The notes below the pieces were generated by a model. The model did not search any database, was not told the origin of the DNA, and saw only the letters and a program-made list of their open reading frames with translations. Positions 9,498 through 19,078 of a stretch of 55,570 bases of DNA are shown here, piece by piece (within the stretch, counting starts at the first letter, position 1; each line of letters begins with the position of its first letter). The DNA comes from a virus (taxonomy: Duplodnaviria; Caudoviricetes): IMG/VR virus record IMGVR_UViG_3300020045_013245, positions 1 through 55,570 of that record. The stretch is one strand, 5' to 3'. The position numbers were made by a program, and so were the translations under genes.

Positions 9498-9793
9498 TTA
9501 AATTAGGTAAAATATTAACTGAAATTAGAATAATAAGACAATTACCATTAAAAGAAATTGCTGAATTAAAAAGAAATATTATAAAAGATTATTTAGAAGT
9601 TAATGAAGATGGACAATCTAATGCTCAAGGTGATGATGAATATTTAGAAATAGAATATAAAATAATTCAAATTTTACCTGGATATAATAAACAAAAATGG
9701 GAAGAATATTCAGAACATGGTTGGAATTTAGATTGGGCTTTAAAATTAATACAAGCAGCTGACGAAATAATAGATAGAGAATTATTAAAATGA
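9494..9793 (+). CDS. MIKL-leader family protein
   Basis: MIKLGKILTE|IRII; ATGA overlaps at both ends. Confidence 0.75.
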   Translation: MIKLGKILTEIRIIRQLPLKEIAELKRNIIKDYLEVNEDGQSNAQGDDEYLEIEYKIIQILPGYNKQKWEEYSEHGWNLDWALKLIQAADEIIDRELLK

Positions 9794-10371
9794 TTGCTTT
9801 GAAACCAATATATAATGAAATTAAAGTAATATCCCCAAATAAAATTACTCCAGAAGTAGTAATTGAATTTGTGGATAAAAATTTATTACATGGTGAAGCA
9901 GGAGATATTATTGATAAAATGAATGGTTCCCCTGTAACTAATTATCCTCAATGGATTGAAAGTTTAGATAAAAATAAATTATATTATTTATATAATAAAA
10001 TATTATCTTTAAAACAATTAGAAGAAATTAAAATAGTATCAAAATTAGTTAGAATAACTGATAAAGGAAAACAATCAATGGATTATTTTTGGGAATTACA
10101 TAAAGCATTAGAGCATTTTAATTTATTAGAAAGTACTAGATTATGGAGAACTGATTTTCAAGATTGGGTTGCAAGAGGAAATGGAGGTAAATTAATGGAA
10201 GCTGCTTTTAATTTATCTATTTTAGAAAGTGAAGATGTAATAAAATATAATCATCCTATACCAAAATATACTTTTATATCAAATTATCAAGATATAAGAG
10301 GTGATGAAGATCCTTTTGAAACTCAATGGGTAAAAAAAATATTTGAACAAAAATTATTAGAAATAAAATGA
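9790..10371 (+). CDS. MIKL-leader family protein, two modules
   Basis: MIALKPIYNE|IKVI...KITPE; internal LEE|IKIV...RITDKG. Confidence 0.75.
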   Translation: MIALKPIYNEIKVISPNKITPEVVIEFVDKNLLHGEAGDIIDKMNGSPVTNYPQWIESLDKNKLYYLYNKILSLKQLEEIKIVSKLVRITDKGKQSMDYFWELHKALEHFNLLESTRLWRTDFQDWVARGNGGKLMEAAFNLSILESEDVIKYNHPIPKYTFISNYQDIRGDEDPFETQWVKKIFEQKLLEIK

Positions 10372-10835
10372 TTAAATTAAAACCCTTATATAATAAAATA
10401 AATTCACATCCTGATGAAAATGATGATAATGAATTTAATAGTGATGAATGGGAAAGTTATTTAAATAATGATGATTCTGAAGTATTAGATAGTGAGGATT
10501 ATTTAGATGAAATTAAAGTATCTAGACCTTATAAACTAACTCTAAAAGGCCAAGAATTATTAATAGATATAAAGCAATTAGCAATAATATGTGATAAATA
10601 TTATAAAATAAATAAAATGACTCCTAATGGTACAAATTGGAGAAATATATATGGTGGATATGAAGAATGTGATGAACAACATGAAATAGTTTATTTACAG
10701 GTGGGATTTGATAATAAATTAGTTACTACTCCTGATTTATTTGTTGAAAATTTATTAGCTGAAGGAATTGAAGAAGATAAAAATGATGCATTACAAAAAT
10801 TTAATAATTTTATAAAAAAAGGATATATACAATGA
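10368..10835 (+). CDS. MIKL-leader family protein with acidic spacer
   Basis: MIKLKPLYN, then an acidic stretch, then LDE|IKVSRPYKLTLKGQ. Confidence 0.75.
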   Translation: MIKLKPLYNKINSHPDENDDNEFNSDEWESYLNNDDSEVLDSEDYLDEIKVSRPYKLTLKGQELLIDIKQLAIICDKYYKINKMTPNGTNWRNIYGGYEECDEQHEIVYLQVGFDNKLVTTPDLFVENLLAEGIEEDKNDALQKFNNFIKKGYIQ

Positions 10836-11323
10836 GTTTATACGGGGAGGAACGCGACATATCATTATTTAGGCAAATTAATAAGGAACTATTAGAACGT
10901 ATCATAGAGCAAAAGATAGGTTATTATAAAATTTCACTAGATAACACTGTATCTAATATATATGGTGAATCATCTCAAAAAATATTTAGCGATCCTGTGC
11001 TTTTAAATTGCTTAATAACTAGAGGAGACCAAAACACGAAAGACGACGACTTTGGTCCAGATCGTTTAAGATCCGTTTCTTTTGCATTTTTAAAACAACA
11101 TTTAATTGATGTTAATTTAGTACCAGAGATCGGAGATATTTTAGAATGGAATGGTAATTATTATGAAGTAAATGGGTGGATTGAGAATCAATTAGTGGTT
11201 GGAAAACAACCTGATTATCCATATGATCAATCATATTTGTCTAGATTTGGAGCATCATTATCTATAATTGTAAATACTCATTGGACACGTGAAGATAAAT
11301 TAAATTTGAGAAAAAGTAGATGA
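10832..11323 (+). CDS. neck/head-closure protein (T4 gp14-like)
   Basis: NIYGES...F..PV, PEIGDILEWNGNYYEV motifs; synteny. Confidence 0.75.
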   Translation: MSLYGEERDISLFRQINKELLERIIEQKIGYYKISLDNTVSNIYGESSQKIFSDPVLLNCLITRGDQNTKDDDFGPDRLRSVSFAFLKQHLIDVNLVPEIGDILEWNGNYYEVNGWIENQLVVGKQPDYPYDQSYLSRFGASLSIIVNTHWTREDKLNLRKSR

Positions 11324-11808
11324 TTAAATTAATAGAAATATTAAATGAAATTAAAATAATTTCTAAAATTGATCCTAAAATAATTGAAAAATTATTTATT
11401 GATAATTTATTAAAAAATATGACATTAACTTGGAAAATTGGAAGAAAATATAGAGTAGGTATAAGTAATACTTTAGATGATATTTTGTTATTAAGTAAGC
11501 AACAACAACAAAGTTTTTATAAAGAATTATTAGATTTAAATGCAATATTGCATGAAATTAAAATACTTGGTAAAATAACTCCTGAAATGGTTGAAGATTT
11601 ATGGGTTAATTTAGTTATATTTAATAATAAATTAACATTCCATAGTATTGAAAGAAGAGAATTTAGTAATAAAAGATTTGAAATTTTAAAAAAATATAAA
11701 ATTGATAATAGTTCCGTTCCTCCTTATTTAAATTTAGAAAATATAAATAATTTAAATGGGGTTTATAAAGAATTATTAGATTTAAAACAAGAATATAATA
11801 TACAATGA
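11320..11808 (+). CDS. MIKL-leader family protein, two paralogous modules
   Basis: MIKLIEILNE|IKIISKIDP and internal LHE|IKILGKITPEMV; both modules end YKELLDL. Confidence 0.8.
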   Translation: MIKLIEILNEIKIISKIDPKIIEKLFIDNLLKNMTLTWKIGRKYRVGISNTLDDILLLSKQQQQSFYKELLDLNAILHEIKILGKITPEMVEDLWVNLVIFNNKLTFHSIERREFSNKRFEILKKYKIDNSSVPPYLNLENINNLNGVYKELLDLKQEYNIQ

Positions 11809-12119
11809 TATCATTAATGAAAATATTAAAAGAAGAAAAAGAACCTGATTTTGTAACAATACCTACAAAAACTGAAAAAGAAACAGGTAAAAAATCATGG
11901 GATGTTGTATATACTGATCCTATGAAAAAAAGTAAACGTATTATGTTTGCTAAAACTTATCAAACTTTAAAAAGACTATCAGATGAATTTGAATATGTTT
12001 CTTCATTACCAACTTATAATAAAGATGGAGAAATGCATACATTTGCAAGAACATTAAGAACTTTAGAACAAAAATTTAAAGAATATATAATTAACAAAGG
12101 AAAAAATTTAGATGTATAA
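11805..12119 (+). CDS. hypothetical protein with MISLMKILKE leader variant
   Basis: 10-aa leader ending in E; ATGA overlap. Confidence 0.65.
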   Translation: MISLMKILKEEKEPDFVTIPTKTEKETGKKSWDVVYTDPMKKSKRIMFAKTYQTLKRLSDEFEYVSSLPTYNKDGEMHTFARTLRTLEQKFKEYIINKGKNLDV

Positions 12120-12393
12120 ATTATTAAACATATTAAATGAAATAAAAATTATTTCTAAAGTAACTCCTGAAATGGTAAGATATGAGTGGTATAAAATATG
12201 TAGTTATACAAATGATAATATTGTAAATGAAATTAATGAATTTGAAGATAAATTAAAAAACGAAATTTATGGAACAAGATTATATAGTTGGATTGGAAAT
12301 ACGGGTTTACACAATTTAAAATTATTAAATAAACAACAATTAAATTATTTATATACAGAAATGATTAATTTTATTAATACACATGAATTATAA
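12112..12393 (+). CDS. MIKL-leader family protein
   Basis: MYKLLNILNE|IKIISKVTPEMV...LNYLYTEM. Confidence 0.75.
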   Translation: MYKLLNILNEIKIISKVTPEMVRYEWYKICSYTNDNIVNEINEFEDKLKNEIYGTRLYSWIGNTGLHNLKLLNKQQLNYLYTEMINFINTHEL

Positions 12394-13634
12394 TGGCTAA
12401 ACAAAAACCAATACCACGTACACCGAAAGAAATTTCACAAGAATTAATAATACCTTATACAGGTACAAAACCTGATTCTTCAGATGAATTAATAAGAGGA
12501 AATCAAGTATCTCGTGGAGAGGATAATGTTAAAGATTTTTATGTTGGTTTAGAAGATATTGATACTTCTATATTATATTATTTTAATAATGTTATTAAAC
12601 CTAATGTAATACAAGGTTCAGAAAATATTAAAGTTCCAATTATTTATGGTTCACCTGAACGTTGGAAATCAATACAAAAAGATGGATTTTATAGAGATAA
12701 AGATCAAAAAATATTGGTTCCATTAATAGTTTTTAAACGTAATAGTTTTGAAAAAAATAGAGAAATGGGAAATAAGTTAGATGGTAATGAATCTAATTTA
12801 TATAATATAATTGAAAAAAAATATACTGTAAGAAATCAATATGATAGGTTTTCTGTTATAAATAATAGAATTCCTCAACGTGAATTTTATGCTACTGTAA
12901 TACCAGACTATGTTACTATAACATATAATTGTATTGTTTGGACAAATTATGTTGAACAAATGAATAAAATTGTAGAAGCAATTAATTTTGCTTCTGATTC
13001 TTATTGGGGGGATAAAAATAGATTTAAATTTAGAGCAAGAATTGATAATTTTCAAACAGTAACTGAATTAAATAATGGTGAAGATAGAGCAGTAAAAACT
13101 ACATTTAATATTATTTTAAATGGATATATAATTCCTGATAGTTTAAATAAATATATTGCATCTAAACCATCTAAATTTTTTTCAAAATGTCAAGTAGTTA
13201 TTTCTTTAGAAACAACTAGTGATAGTTTAGAAACTTTTAATGCTACAACAAGTAAAACTAATAAATCTAGTGGAAATGTTATTGGAATTGATTCATTTAA
13301 TTCAAATTCTGGGGGAAGTAGTGGGGGAGGAGGAGGTACTATAGATCCTGCAGTATTAACATATTTAAATACAAATAAATCAGTATTAGCAACAACGGTA
13401 ACTTCAACTACAGCAATATTTCCAAATGGATTTTTAACAGCTCCATCAGGATTACCTGCTACTTCTATTAATAATTTTAATTTTTTTGTTAATGGTCAGT
13501 TAATTGAACCTGCTGCTTTAGTGAGTTTTGTAGATAATGGTAATAGTACTTGTACTTTAACAATTGATACAACTGAATTAGGATTTAATTTTGCTGTAAC
13601 TGATGAAATAGTAGCAATAGGAAAATTTAATTAA
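12393..13634 (+). CDS. tail terminator/sheath stabiliser (T4 gp15-like) with C-terminal extension
   Basis: KVPIIYGSPERW motif; synteny after the neck genes; Gly/Ser linker then an extra domain. Confidence 0.7.
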   Translation: MAKQKPIPRTPKEISQELIIPYTGTKPDSSDELIRGNQVSRGEDNVKDFYVGLEDIDTSILYYFNNVIKPNVIQGSENIKVPIIYGSPERWKSIQKDGFYRDKDQKILVPLIVFKRNSFEKNREMGNKLDGNESNLYNIIEKKYTVRNQYDRFSVINNRIPQREFYATVIPDYVTITYNCIVWTNYVEQMNKIVEAINFASDSYWGDKNRFKFRARIDNFQTVTELNNGEDRAVKTTFNIILNGYIIPDSLNKYIASKPSKFFSKCQVVISLETTSDSLETFNATTSKTNKSSGNVIGIDSFNSNSGGSSGGGGGTIDPAVLTYLNTNKSVLATTVTSTTAIFPNGFLTAPSGLPATSINNFNFFVNGQLIEPAALVSFVDNGNSTCTLTIDTTELGFNFAVTDEIVAIGKFN

Positions 13635-16003
13635 TGAAAATACGTGGACCACAAATACAACAACCATTTTCAGGTTCATTTTCAGGATCTTTTATAGGAG
13701 ATGGAAGTCAACTTACAGGAGTAGGAGCTGCTGATCTTAGTTCATATTTATTAACTTCTTCTTTCAATTTTTTTACTCAATCAATTCATAGTTTTACATC
13801 ATCTGTAATTCGTGATTCTGCATCCTTTGATTCAAGAATAAATGCTATTGATGTAAGTAGTTATACTTTAGTAAATGAATTCAGACCTTTTTCTCAAAGT
13901 ATTCATAATTATACGGCTTCTGCAAAATTAGATTCATCATCATTTGATATTAGAATTAACAATAAATTAGATATTTCTGAATTTAGACCTTGGTCACAAA
14001 GCATTAATTTATTTACTGCTTCAGTTACAAGGGATAGTGCTTCATTCGATTCAAGAATAAATTTAAAAACAGACCAAACAGTATTTACTGTATATTCACA
14101 AAGTATTAATACATGGACTTCAAGTATTAATATTTGGAGTTCTTCTTTACCAAATAATTATTCAAATGGAATTACTCGTTCGGGAAATAATATTGAATTA
14201 GGAGGAAATTTAACAAGATATACTTTATTAGATGCTAATTTTAATGATGTTGATATAAATAATTTAGGATATATTAATATTAATGCACAACAAACAACAT
14301 CATCAAATATTTCTTCTTTAATATTAGATGTTTCAGCAGCCCAGATAAATGCTAGAGATTCAAATTCTTATAATAGATATGCTCAATTTTCTACAGAAGT
14401 AGGTGCAACTAATGAAACTGTAAATGCTTTAATTCGTACTTCAAATAATATTACATCATCTTATATTCATTTACATCCCCATCAATTAGAATTATATATA
14501 TATGATAAAGGAAAATTTATTATTTACAATTTACCAACAGGTTCATTTTCAAATGTTGATAATATTTTAATAATTTCTTCGGGTAGTATAGTACAAAAAA
14601 TTCCATTAAATACTGTTGTATTAAGTGGAAGTTTTAACTCTTTTTCTCAATCAATAAATCTATTTACTGAATCAGTAACAAGAGATTCAGCATCATTTGA
14701 TTCTAGAATAAATGCATTTAGTGGTGGAGGAATTACATCAGGAATATTTAATCCTTTTAGTCAATCAATACATAATTGGAGTGCTAGTATAAATATTTAT
14801 ACATCATCCGCAAAATTAGATTCTGCATCCTTTGATTCAAGAATCAATGCAATATCAGCTGCTGATGTTTCAGGATATACCAAAACTTCTTCATTCCACC
14901 CTTATTCTCAATCAATCAACTTATTTACAGAAAGTGTTATAAGAGATTCATCATCTTTTGATGCTAGAATTAACTTAAAAACAGACCAAACAGTATTTGT
15001 TGCTTTTAGTCAATCAATACATTTTTATACTGCTTCAGCAAAATTAGATTCAGCTTCTTTTGACTCAAGAATAAACTTAAAGACTGATCAAAGTGTTTTT
15101 ACTGCATACTCACAAAGTACAAACCTTTTTACATCATCTGTAATTAGAGATTCTTCATCATTTAATGATAGAATAAATAATATTAATACATCTTTAGGAA
15201 GTTATACTTTATTATCTGTTCATAATTTATATACTGAAAGTATTAATTTATTTACGGCTTCTGTAACAAGAGATAGTGCTTCCTTTGATTCAAGAATTAG
15301 TAATATTAATTCTAATCAATCCAATTATACATTATTAACTGAGTTTAGACCATATTCTCAAAGTATAAACTTATTTACAGCATCAGTAACTCGTGATTCT
15401 GCTTCTTTTGATTCTCGTATAAATTTAAAAACAGATCAAACTGTTTTCACTGCATATTCGCAATCAACAAATCTTTTTACATCATCTGTTAAGTTGGATT
15501 CAGCATCATTTGATTCTCGTATTAATTTAAAGACTGATCAAACTGTATTTGTTGCTTATACAGCAAGTATAAATAATTGGACCCAATCTATTAATAATTA
15601 TACCGGAACATTTGCTACTACAGGTAGTAATATTTTTATAGGTAATCAAACAATAACAGGTTCAATTTCGATTTCTGGAAGTTTATTAATAAAAAATACT
15701 AAATATGAAAATTATCAAACAGGTAGTATATCAGGCTCAAATACAATTATACCTGTATTAACTTCTTCATATAATTCAATATTTTATAATTACTTATTAA
15801 TATCTGCAAGTAATTTAAGAGCAGGACAAATAATGGCTATTTGGAATGGTTCTAATGTTCAATTTAATGAGGTTGTAACTAATGATATAGGTAATACTTC
15901 AACAGCTTCATTTAATGTAGATATTAGTGAATCTTATGTTAGATTAATAGGAGATATTCCTCAATCATTCTGGACAATTAAAACAAATTATTCCCTACTT
16001 TAA
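13634..16003 (+). CDS. fibre-like structural protein with SQS..FTAS..DSASFDSRI repeats
   Basis: Ser/Thr-rich imperfect repeats; C-terminal Y.S.F..Y...S..N.RAG..MA.W domain. Confidence 0.65.
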   Translation: MKIRGPQIQQPFSGSFSGSFIGDGSQLTGVGAADLSSYLLTSSFNFFTQSIHSFTSSVIRDSASFDSRINAIDVSSYTLVNEFRPFSQSIHNYTASAKLDSSSFDIRINNKLDISEFRPWSQSINLFTASVTRDSASFDSRINLKTDQTVFTVYSQSINTWTSSINIWSSSLPNNYSNGITRSGNNIELGGNLTRYTLLDANFNDVDINNLGYININAQQTTSSNISSLILDVSAAQINARDSNSYNRYAQFSTEVGATNETVNALIRTSNNITSSYIHLHPHQLELYIYDKGKFIIYNLPTGSFSNVDNILIISSGSIVQKIPLNTVVLSGSFNSFSQSINLFTESVTRDSASFDSRINAFSGGGITSGIFNPFSQSIHNWSASINIYTSSAKLDSASFDSRINAISAADVSGYTKTSSFHPYSQSINLFTESVIRDSSSFDARINLKTDQTVFVAFSQSIHFYTASAKLDSASFDSRINLKTDQSVFTAYSQSTNLFTSSVIRDSSSFNDRINNINTSLGSYTLLSVHNLYTESINLFTASVTRDSASFDSRISNINSNQSNYTLLTEFRPYSQSINLFTASVTRDSASFDSRINLKTDQTVFTAYSQSTNLFTSSVKLDSASFDSRINLKTDQTVFVAYTASINNWTQSINNYTGTFATTGSNIFIGNQTITGSISISGSLLIKNTKYENYQTGSISGSNTIIPVLTSSYNSIFYNYLLISASNLRAGQIMAIWNGSNVQFNEVVTNDIGNTSTASFNVDISESYVRLIGDIPQSFWTIKTNYSLL

Positions 16004-16005
16004 TA

Positions 16006-16013
16006 TATTTATA
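16006..16013 (+). promoter_or_regulatory. TATTTATA putative late promoter
   Basis: Intergenic, upstream of 16053. Confidence 0.55.
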
Positions 16014-16052
16014 AAAAATAATATCCCTTTTGGATAGTGAAAAAAGGAAAAT

Positions 16053-18266
16053 ATGGCTAATGAATTTATAGTAAAAAATGGTCTTGTAGTTTCTGGTAGT
16101 ACTGCATTTTTAGGACCAACCACAGGATTTTTAAATTCTGTAAATATTAATAATGCTACCCAAAGTTTACAACAATATACTGCTAGTTTAAATGTATGGA
16201 CATCTTCTATTCAAACATTTACAGCATCAGTTATAAGTGATTCAGCTTCATTTGATTCAAGAATAAACTTAAAGACTGATCAAAGTGTTTTTACTGCTTA
16301 TTCCCAATCAACAAATCTTTGGACGGCATCTGTTAAATTAGATTCAGCCTCTTTTGACTTAAAGATAGCTGCTAAAACAGACCAAACAGTATTTACTGCG
16401 TATTCTCAAAGCACAAATCTTTGGACTGCTTCTGTTAAACTTGATTCAGCTTCATTTGATTCTCGTATTAATCTAAAAACTGACCAAACAGTTTTTACAG
16501 CGTATTCACAATCAACTAATTTATATACAGCATCTGCTAAATTAGACTCTGCTTCTTTTGATTCAAGAATTAACCTAAAGACTGACCAAACAGTTTTTAC
16601 AGCATATTCGCAAAGTACTAACTTATTTACTGCTTCAGTAAAATTAGACTCTGCATCATTCGATTCAAAAATAAATCTAAAAACAGACCAAACTGTTTTT
16701 GTTGCTTATTCTCAAAGTATAAATTTATATACTGCTAGTGCAATTCTTGATTCTGCTTCTTTTACATCTCGTATTAACCTAAAGACTGATCAAACTGTAT
16801 TTGTTGCATATAGTCAATCAATTAATTTATACACTGCATCTGCTAAGTTGGATTCAGCATCTTTTGACTTAAAGATAGCTGCTAAAACAGACCAAACAGT
16901 TTTTACAGCATATTCGCAAAGTACAAATTTATTTACTGCATCTGTAATACGTGATTCAGCATCGTTTGATTTAAGAATAAATAATATATCTGCAGGAGAT
17001 GTAAGTGGATATACAAAAACTGCAAGTTTTCATCCGTATTCACAAAGTATTAATCTTTTTACTGAATCAGTAACTCGTGATTCTGCTTCATTTGACTTAA
17101 AAATTGCTGCTAAAACAGACCAAACAGTTTTTACAGCATATTCGCAAAGTACTAACTTATTTACTGCTTCAGTAACAAGAGATTCTGCATCTTTTGATTC
17201 TAGAATTAATGCTATTGATACAAGTAATTTTACTTCAATAACTGAATTTAGACCTTGGTCACAATCTATAAATTTATTTACTGCATCAGTAACAAGAGAT
17301 TCAGAATCATTCGATTCAAGAATTAACTTAAAAGTAAATCAAAGTGCATTTAATGGTTTAGGTAATTATATTACAATATGGCAAGGTACTACAAATTTAA
17401 GTACTAGTTCAATTTATCAAAGTGGAAGTTCTAATGTATCAATAAACAATAATGGATTTGATCCAATTACTCCTGAATCTTTACTTGTATCTTCATCTAA
17501 TTATAATATTATTGGAGGAAAATCTAATATAAATTATTATTCTCAAATTAATATAAAAAATTTAAATGCTGGAACTACTGCTTCTTCAGATATAGTTGCT
17601 ACCAATGATATTGGTAATGAAACTAAATATTATGTAAATTTAGGAATAAATAGTAGTGGATTTAGTGGATTTTTGGGAAGAAGTAATGATGCTTATTTAT
17701 TTACTACAGGTAGTGATTTTTATATAGGTAATATTACTCTAAATAAAGATTTATATATATTTACAAAAACATCGGCTTCCGCTGAATTATATATATCAGG
17801 CAGTACTAGATTTGTGGGAATAAATAAAGCAGGAATGAATTTAAATACTCCTTTAGATATAAGTGGAAGTGTTTCAATTTCAGGTTCATTAAATGTTAGT
17901 GGTACTATTGTAGCTAGAGATAATATGGTATCTAAAGGAATAACAATAGCTAATTATAGTACAAATATATCTGATAATAGAATTTATTTTGCATGGATTG
18001 CTCCTTGTAGTTGTTCTGTGGTTTCTCTTTATGGAATAAGAAATGGAGGTACAACAGCTCAAGTAAACGCACGAAAATCAGGTTCTAATGGTTATTTTTA
18101 TCATACTGGTTCTAATCTTGTTTTAAATGCCCAAAATGTATGGACTGCCTCATTAACTGTTACAAATAGTTTTTATGCTCCTGGAGATGCTTTAGAAATA
18201 TTAATTAGTGGTTCATCAGGAACACCAAACCAAGTATCGGTGCAAGTAAATTTTAAAAAAATATAA
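16053..18266 (+). CDS. fibre-like structural protein with 34-aa tandem repeats
   Basis: MANEFIVKNG start; KTDQTVFTAYSQSTNLxTASVKLDSASFDSRINL units. Confidence 0.7.
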   Translation: MANEFIVKNGLVVSGSTAFLGPTTGFLNSVNINNATQSLQQYTASLNVWTSSIQTFTASVISDSASFDSRINLKTDQSVFTAYSQSTNLWTASVKLDSASFDLKIAAKTDQTVFTAYSQSTNLWTASVKLDSASFDSRINLKTDQTVFTAYSQSTNLYTASAKLDSASFDSRINLKTDQTVFTAYSQSTNLFTASVKLDSASFDSKINLKTDQTVFVAYSQSINLYTASAILDSASFTSRINLKTDQTVFVAYSQSINLYTASAKLDSASFDLKIAAKTDQTVFTAYSQSTNLFTASVIRDSASFDLRINNISAGDVSGYTKTASFHPYSQSINLFTESVTRDSASFDLKIAAKTDQTVFTAYSQSTNLFTASVTRDSASFDSRINAIDTSNFTSITEFRPWSQSINLFTASVTRDSESFDSRINLKVNQSAFNGLGNYITIWQGTTNLSTSSIYQSGSSNVSINNNGFDPITPESLLVSSSNYNIIGGKSNINYYSQINIKNLNAGTTASSDIVATNDIGNETKYYVNLGINSSGFSGFLGRSNDAYLFTTGSDFYIGNITLNKDLYIFTKTSASAELYISGSTRFVGINKAGMNLNTPLDISGSVSISGSLNVSGTIVARDNMVSKGITIANYSTNISDNRIYFAWIAPCSCSVVSLYGIRNGGTTAQVNARKSGSNGYFYHTGSNLVLNAQNVWTASLTVTNSFYAPGDALEILISGSSGTPNQVSVQVNFKKI
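16230..17330 (+). repeat. intragenic tandem repeat, 102-bp/34-aa unit
   Basis: KTDQ codons at 16272, 16374, 16476 and onward; synonymous sites are diverged. Confidence 0.85.
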
Positions 18267-19010
18267 ATGGGATTAGTAGCTACGAATAGAGGAACAGGAA
18301 GTAATAATACAGCTGCTACATTTATATCAGCTTCATTTCAAACAAATTTTAATGCTGGATCTTTTGCAGTTTTATGTGTTGCTTATGATAATGCGGGTTC
18401 TGGAGGTTCAGATCCTTTTGTATCAATTTCTGATACTAAAAATAATACTTGGACTTCAAGTATTAATAGATTAAATGATCCAGGTGCTGCAAGTGCTGGT
18501 TCCACCTTAAGAATATTTTTATCAAGTCAGGGGACTGGTATTCTTACAACAAGTGATAGAGTTAGAATAAATTTTGGATCAGTTTCAGTAACAGCAAAAG
18601 CATGGACTTTTACTGAAATTTCTTCGTCCTTATCAGGTTATTTTCCAACATTTAATATAGCAAGTGGAAGTGCTTTAACAACAGCAACTCCAAGTATAAC
18701 AAGTACAAGTATTCCCTCTGCAAGTCTAATTTTAGGAGCAGTTGGTAGAGAAGCAAATGGTACAAAAGCAGGAGATGCAGATACAACAAATGGTAGTTGG
18801 AGTACAGCTCAAGCAACAGGTAGTGGTGCAACAACTTCAGGTCATGAAATAATTACTCAATTTAAAATAGTTAATGCTAATGGTACTCAAACATTTAATC
18901 CAACATTTGGTGGAGCTTCAGCAGATGGAACTATAGCATGGATTAGAGTGGATGAAAATGCTTTAGGAGGAACATATTATATACGTTGGATAGAGGAAGA
19001 TGATTTTTAA
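18267..19010 (+). CDS. putative virion protein (beta-rich, Gly/Ser/Thr-rich)
   Basis: Composition and position between fibre genes. Confidence 0.55.
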   Translation: MGLVATNRGTGSNNTAATFISASFQTNFNAGSFAVLCVAYDNAGSGGSDPFVSISDTKNNTWTSSINRLNDPGAASAGSTLRIFLSSQGTGILTTSDRVRINFGSVSVTAKAWTFTEISSSLSGYFPTFNIASGSALTTATPSITSTSIPSASLILGAVGREANGTKAGDADTTNGSWSTAQATGSGATTSGHEIITQFKIVNANGTQTFNPTFGGASADGTIAWIRVDENALGGTYYIRWIEEDDF

Positions 19011-19011
19011 A

Positions 19012-19058
19012 TATTTATACTAAACCTATATAGGTTTCTTCAATTAGTATATACTAAT
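19012..19058 (+). promoter_or_regulatory. TATTTATA promoter followed by two perfect 16-bp palindromes
   Basis: AAACCTATATAGGTTT (19022-19037) and ATTAGTATATACTAAT (19043-19058). Confidence 0.6.
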
Positions 19059-19078
19059 ACAAATTTAGACATTATATA

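Noticed and set aside
16230-17330. 102-bp periodic repeat as a CRISPR array
   Set aside because: In-frame coding repeat with synonymous variation and no unique spacers
13634-18266. DSA in the repeats as the Bacteroidota O-glycosylation sequon D-(S/T)-(A/I/L/V/M/T)
   Set aside because: That system acts on exported proteins, whereas virion proteins assemble in the cytoplasm and have no signal peptides
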